Shown here: positions 40,973 to 46,265 of the stretch, piece after piece | Position numbering within the stretch: position 1 is the stretch's first letter | How the letters are laid out: every line of letters begins with the position of its first letter | NCBI GenBank assembly: GCA_964016885.1 | Contig: CAXHJY010000341.1 | Span: 1-46,265, forward strand | Length of the DNA stretch: 46,265 bases | Direction of reading: 5' to 3' | DNA from: Eledone cirrhosa | Lineage: Eukaryota | Translations under genes and position numbers: made by a program | Notes under the pieces: generated by a model | Told to the model about the DNA's origin: nothing | Databases searched by the model: none | The model's input: the letters and a program-made list of their open reading frames with translations, nothing else

Positions 40973-41566
40973 ACATTACATTCCAGTATAAATTTTATAA
41001 CATCCTAATTGCTATTTATTACCACCATGAAACTGGAAGGCACGAAGAGCAAATTCCTGAGGTTATGTTTAACCTACTACAAATATATATCGAGAGTATT
41101 CAACTAACCAAAGCGTTAACGAATAAGCATTACAATAATAAAAATATTTTAAAAACTTAATTAATTTTTTTACATTTCAACAAACGCAATCATAATCTAC
41201 ATCATAGAATATATATCTTTTAAATCATTAAAAATTTTGTATCATTAAGAAATGTTTGAGGAAACGAATCTAGTTCTATGCTTCTTTTGGAAGGTGAGAG
41301 TAACACAGGATTCCTTGTGCCTAACTGAAGAACAAATATCTCAAAGGACTTAGTAGATCATTGTATTCGTCGATGGTTCAATATATTTTAATATATTAAT
41401 TACGTACATACATAATACACACATGCTCACTCACACGCGCGTGAGCAATATGTATGCGTGTGTATATATATATATATAGTAAATATATTTTACATTGAGA
41501 TATTTTCATACTTGTAATTGGATAATATTCGATATTACCCACATTATATATTTATATATAGATACC

Positions 41567-41629
<63 letters not shown>

Positions 41630-41631
<2 letters not shown>

Positions 41632-41747
41632 CGAAGGAAGTTTGGTAAGGAACCAGGTGGACCTTAGCGCACCAGAGTACTCGATGCTATGTGTAGTAGA
41701 GTGGGTAATAGGAAAAGAGTCAGGACCCCGACGGCTGAGCTCCGGCC

Positions 41748-41750
<3 letters not shown>
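41630..41750 (-). mobile_element. Repeat family B2 fragment
   Basis: AACGAAGGAAGTTTGGTAAGGAACCAGG...GAGCTCCGGCCGTTT between (TA)n tracts. Confidence 0.8.
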
Positions 41751-41799
<49 letters not shown>

Positions 41800-41828
41800 T
41801 ATATATATATAAATTCATATATATATAT

Positions 41829-42022
41829 ATACAAATGAATATATGATAGGGATAAACAGTGATACAAGTATACATGTGTTTGCATTGCAAATGACCAAGT
41901 TAGCTAGATTGAAAAATAGTAATTAAAATTAGTATTTTTCAATCTAGCTAACTTGGTCATTTGCAATGCAAACACATGTATATTTGTATTAGTGTTTATC
42001 CCTATCATATATTCATTTGTAT
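41829..42022. repeat. Near-perfect palindrome (~95-bp arms, essentially no spacer)
   Basis: ATACAAATGAATATATGATAGGG...GAAAAATAGTAATT aa AATTAGTATTTTTC...CCCTATCATATATTCATTTGTAT. Confidence 0.9.
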
Positions 42023-42145
42023 TACACGGCTCAGAAATATTCCTTTCTTTGAGCTATTTAATTGTAAAAGACTATTTGAGTTTATAACTCTATATATAAT
42101 ATATATATATATACATATATAAATAAATAAATATATAGATATATG

Positions 42146-42279
<134 letters not shown>

Positions 42280-42491
42280 AAATATATATATGAATGGATA
42301 TATATATATGTGTGTGTATGTGTGGGGCTGGAGCTCACAAGACAAATACAACTGGAAATCTAAATCCTTATAGTTTCATATATATGTATATATAAATGTA
42401 TATATATATGTGTGTGTGTGTGTATTTACATGTATATGCTTGTATGTATATGTACATTATACATTTATATATACATAAAATGTATATATGT

Positions 42492-42745
42492 GGAGGCATG
42501 TGGCCTAGTGGTAAGGCTGTTGGACTTACGATCATAATGTCGTGAGTTCGATTCCTGGGTTGCGTGTTGTGTTCTTGAGCAAAACACTTCATTTCACGTT
42601 GCTCCTATAGCTGCAGGTTTAATCGTACAATGGACTGGTGTCCTGAGCAGGGGTTGTTTTGTTCTCTCAGTCACTTCACACCATGAAACCGGGATAAGCA
42701 ACGGCCAAACGAGCCTACTGGCTTAAGACAAACTTTAGACATTTT
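42492..42745 (+). mobile_element. tRNA-derived SINE family E
   Basis: A-box TGGCCTAGTGG, B-box GAGTTCGATTCC, core GTGTTCTTGAGCAAAACACTTCATTTCACG. A related head fragment lies at ~18617-18710. Confidence 0.8.
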
Positions 42746-42837
42746 TTAATCTAAATAAAGTCTCTCTATATATATATGTGTGTATATATTTGTATGTGTA
42801 TATATATTATATATATATATAATATATATATATATAT

Positions 42838-43037
42838 AAACAGAAATAACAACACAATTGGTACAGTATATGGAAGGGATATATTAGGTTAACGCTTGAT
42901 ATAGCAGGAAGAGGTTCTTAACGTTTCGGACGCTAGTCCTTCATCAGAAGAAAGAATGAGAAATAAGATAGATTGAGGGGACGGGCGGAATGGAATTGGA
43001 AAAAATGTCTTTAGATAAAAATAACAGATCCATTCAT
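42838..43037 (-). mobile_element. Repeat family C with intact hammerhead motif
   Basis: AAACAGAAATAACAAC...GGTTAACGCTTGATATAGCAGGAAGAGG...CCATTCATAT. Further fragments occur near 32065-32085 and 43672-43725 (opposite strand). Confidence 0.75.
42915..42952 (-). ncRNA. Minimal hammerhead ribozyme motif (CTGATGAAG...CGAAACGTT type)
   Basis: Reverse complement TTCTT-CTGATGA-A-GGAC tagc GTCC-GAAA-CG-TT-AAGAA. Stem III is reduced to the palindrome AACGTT. Confidence 0.75.
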
Positions 43038-43734
43038 ATATATATATACATAGACGCACGACTGCCTTCCACTCACAAAATATTGGTATCCCTGGGCTAT
43101 AGTACAAGATATAGTACACGTTTTCATTCTATAACATCTATGGAATAATAAGTTATCCTCAGCGCTAGAACAAATGCAACATGACAATAGCTCCGACACT
43201 TAAACGATTCTGCCAAATAGTACTAATATTAATTATAGTCTTGAATTTAAGCCCACGACCAGGAATATTATATTGCACTACACAGAGTCAAGGTAATCAG
43301 AGTTGGGCTTGGTAATAAAGTGAAAGAAGGCAATAAAAAAATCATGACAAAAACAACAACATCAATAATAATAATGGCAATAATAATAATAACAATAATA
43401 GTAAGAACAACAACAATAATAATAAATAATAAAAACAGAACGAAATTAATAAGTATTTCCATTTCGTTATATTTCAAGTTCCTGTTGGCAAAAACAAAAA
43501 AAAATTATGTATAATTTATCCAACAATTAACAAATGTTTTATATTAATAAATGGTCGGCGGATAAGAAAGATAGTTCTATAAAAGGAAAACCAGAAAGAA
43601 AGAAAATACATAAGGTATATATATGTATATATATATATATATGTATATATATACATATATACATATATATATATATCTTCCATGTACTGTGCCGTTTATT
43701 TTGTTATTTCTGTTTACCTTTTACACACATACCT

Positions 43735-43823
<89 letters not shown>

Positions 43824-43875
43824 TATATATATATATACATGTGTTTGAGTGTGTATATATATATATGTGTGTTTG

Positions 43876-43922
<47 letters not shown>

Positions 43923-43982
43923 TTATATATATATATATATATAGAAAAAATGAAATTTCATTTCCCACTCTTAATACGGCTG

Positions 43983-44101
<119 letters not shown>

Positions 44102-44338
44102 TATATGTATCTATATATATATAGTGTTTGATGAGTATAGCCATATAGAAAATATATTTATACTTTAATTTCAATTTAAAATTTATTTGCTATAATTTCA
44201 ATGTTCAAATTGGATAAACGAAAAATGCGATAGGATTTACTAATAAATAAAGTGTAAAATAGATTTTCTATGGAACCAAACTCATGAAACATGCGCATAT
44301 ATACTTTCAAACATACAAAAGTACATGCATACATACAT

Positions 44339-44396
<58 letters not shown>

Positions 44397-44497
44397 TTTT
44401 ATGTCTATATATATATATGTATTTATATATACATAAATATATTGTATATTTGCATAGATATCATATATATGTGTGAATATATATATATATATATGTG

Positions 44498-44635
<138 letters not shown>

Positions 44636-44636
44636 C

Positions 44637-44696
<60 letters not shown>

Positions 44697-44992
44697 GCAC
44701 ACACATATACATACTGTATTTATTTATAAATACATATATATATATATATATACATATATAGTGTATTTATTCATAAATAAATATATATATATAAAGTTTA
44801 TATATGTATAAATATATACATATTTGTATAAATTATGCATTAATTTTCAATTAAATTTTGTGTATTGTCTTTCTTTTTCTTATATTCCTTCTTTCTCTTT
44901 TCTTCTTTTCCAATTTGTCTTTTTTTCTTATCCGCAATATTTAATTTTTTCTTGTGCTTAATGACTTCGAGATGTGTCTATCGATGTTTGTG

Positions 44993-45042
<50 letters not shown>

Positions 45043-45193
45043 CAATATATATATAAATATACAATATATATATGTACACACGCACACACATATATAATAT
45101 ATGCGCGTGTGTGTGAGTCGATTAACAAATATGCGCGTGTGTGATTTTGTTTACATGTGTCTATTTCAAAATCGTGTATGTATATGTATATGC

Positions 45194-45393
<200 letters not shown>

Positions 45394-45878
45394 GCGTGTG
45401 TGTGCGTGCGAGTATGTCTGTGTGTGCAGATAAAATATATAAATATATATGTATGTATATATATATGGGTGCGCGTATAATTTCTATTCATTAACAATTA
45501 ATTTTAATGTTATTTTGTTGTTGTTGTTGTTGTTGTTTTGTTGATGTTATTCTTGCTGTTGTTTGTTATTGTTGTTATAGTTCACATTCTTGCCAACAGG
45601 GCGAGCTGTTTCCTTTTTATATTTTTTTTCATTTGTGAAATTATCATTAATATTTTCTTAAAGATTTCTCCAGAATGTTTTAGTTCACTTTAAACTAATC
45701 CACCGTTAACCAAATATATACACACCAATATATATACACACATACATATATATATATACACACATATACTTGCATTTATATATATGTACATACATATATA
45801 TACATGCATATATATTTCTATCTGTTTATATATACATAATATATATATACACACATACATATATATATATATTTATAT

Positions 45879-45966
<88 letters not shown>

Positions 45967-46081
45967 TTATATTTAGTTGTTTCATAATACTTTTTTTAAC
46001 TTTTGTAAGATTTAACTCTTCAAACATTTTTTGCACAATTTTGAAATCTGTATATATAAAGACATACGCATATACATATAC

Positions 46082-46130
<49 letters not shown>

Positions 46131-46158
46131 CGTACATATATATATACATATATATATG

Positions 46159-46249
<91 letters not shown>

Positions 46250-46265
46250 GTATAACTCTGTGTGT

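Noticed and set aside
42492-42570. tRNA-like A/B boxes here and in SINE-A heads
   Set aside because: No closed cloverleaf and they continue into SINE bodies, so they are not tRNA genes.
43465-43620. Possible host exon (AG...GT bounded)
   Set aside because: Low-complexity A-rich sequence, stops in most frames and no recognisable protein.

Overview
Non-genic, very AT-rich animal DNA dominated by (TA)n/(CA)n/(GA)n microsatellites and transposon debris. The SINE families and composition suggest an octopus/cephalopod genome (inference). No host exon or intact protein-coding gene is supportable, and nearly all listed ORFs are translated microsatellites. Recognisable content: about 20 young and many old copies of a tRNA-derived SINE (family A, 10-19 bp TSDs starting ATTAT), two other tRNA-SINE families, decayed RTE-clade and CRE-clade LINE fragments, 3' ends of another LINE, a non-autonomous Helitron-like family, a 99-bp minisatellite, a 2.6-kb near-perfect tandem duplication and several long fold-back palindromes. 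The main unannotated signal is a dense set of type I hammerhead ribozyme motifs. Seven have an intact CUGANGA/GAAA/UH core and about five more carry core changes. Most have the minimal stem III with a palindromic loop described for Penelope-like elements. They lie in short non-coding islands within (TA)n tracts and are repeatedly associated with inverted duplications. One repeat family retains only the 3' half of a hammerhead, folded back at its putative stem II. All folds were made by eye and ribozyme activity is untested.
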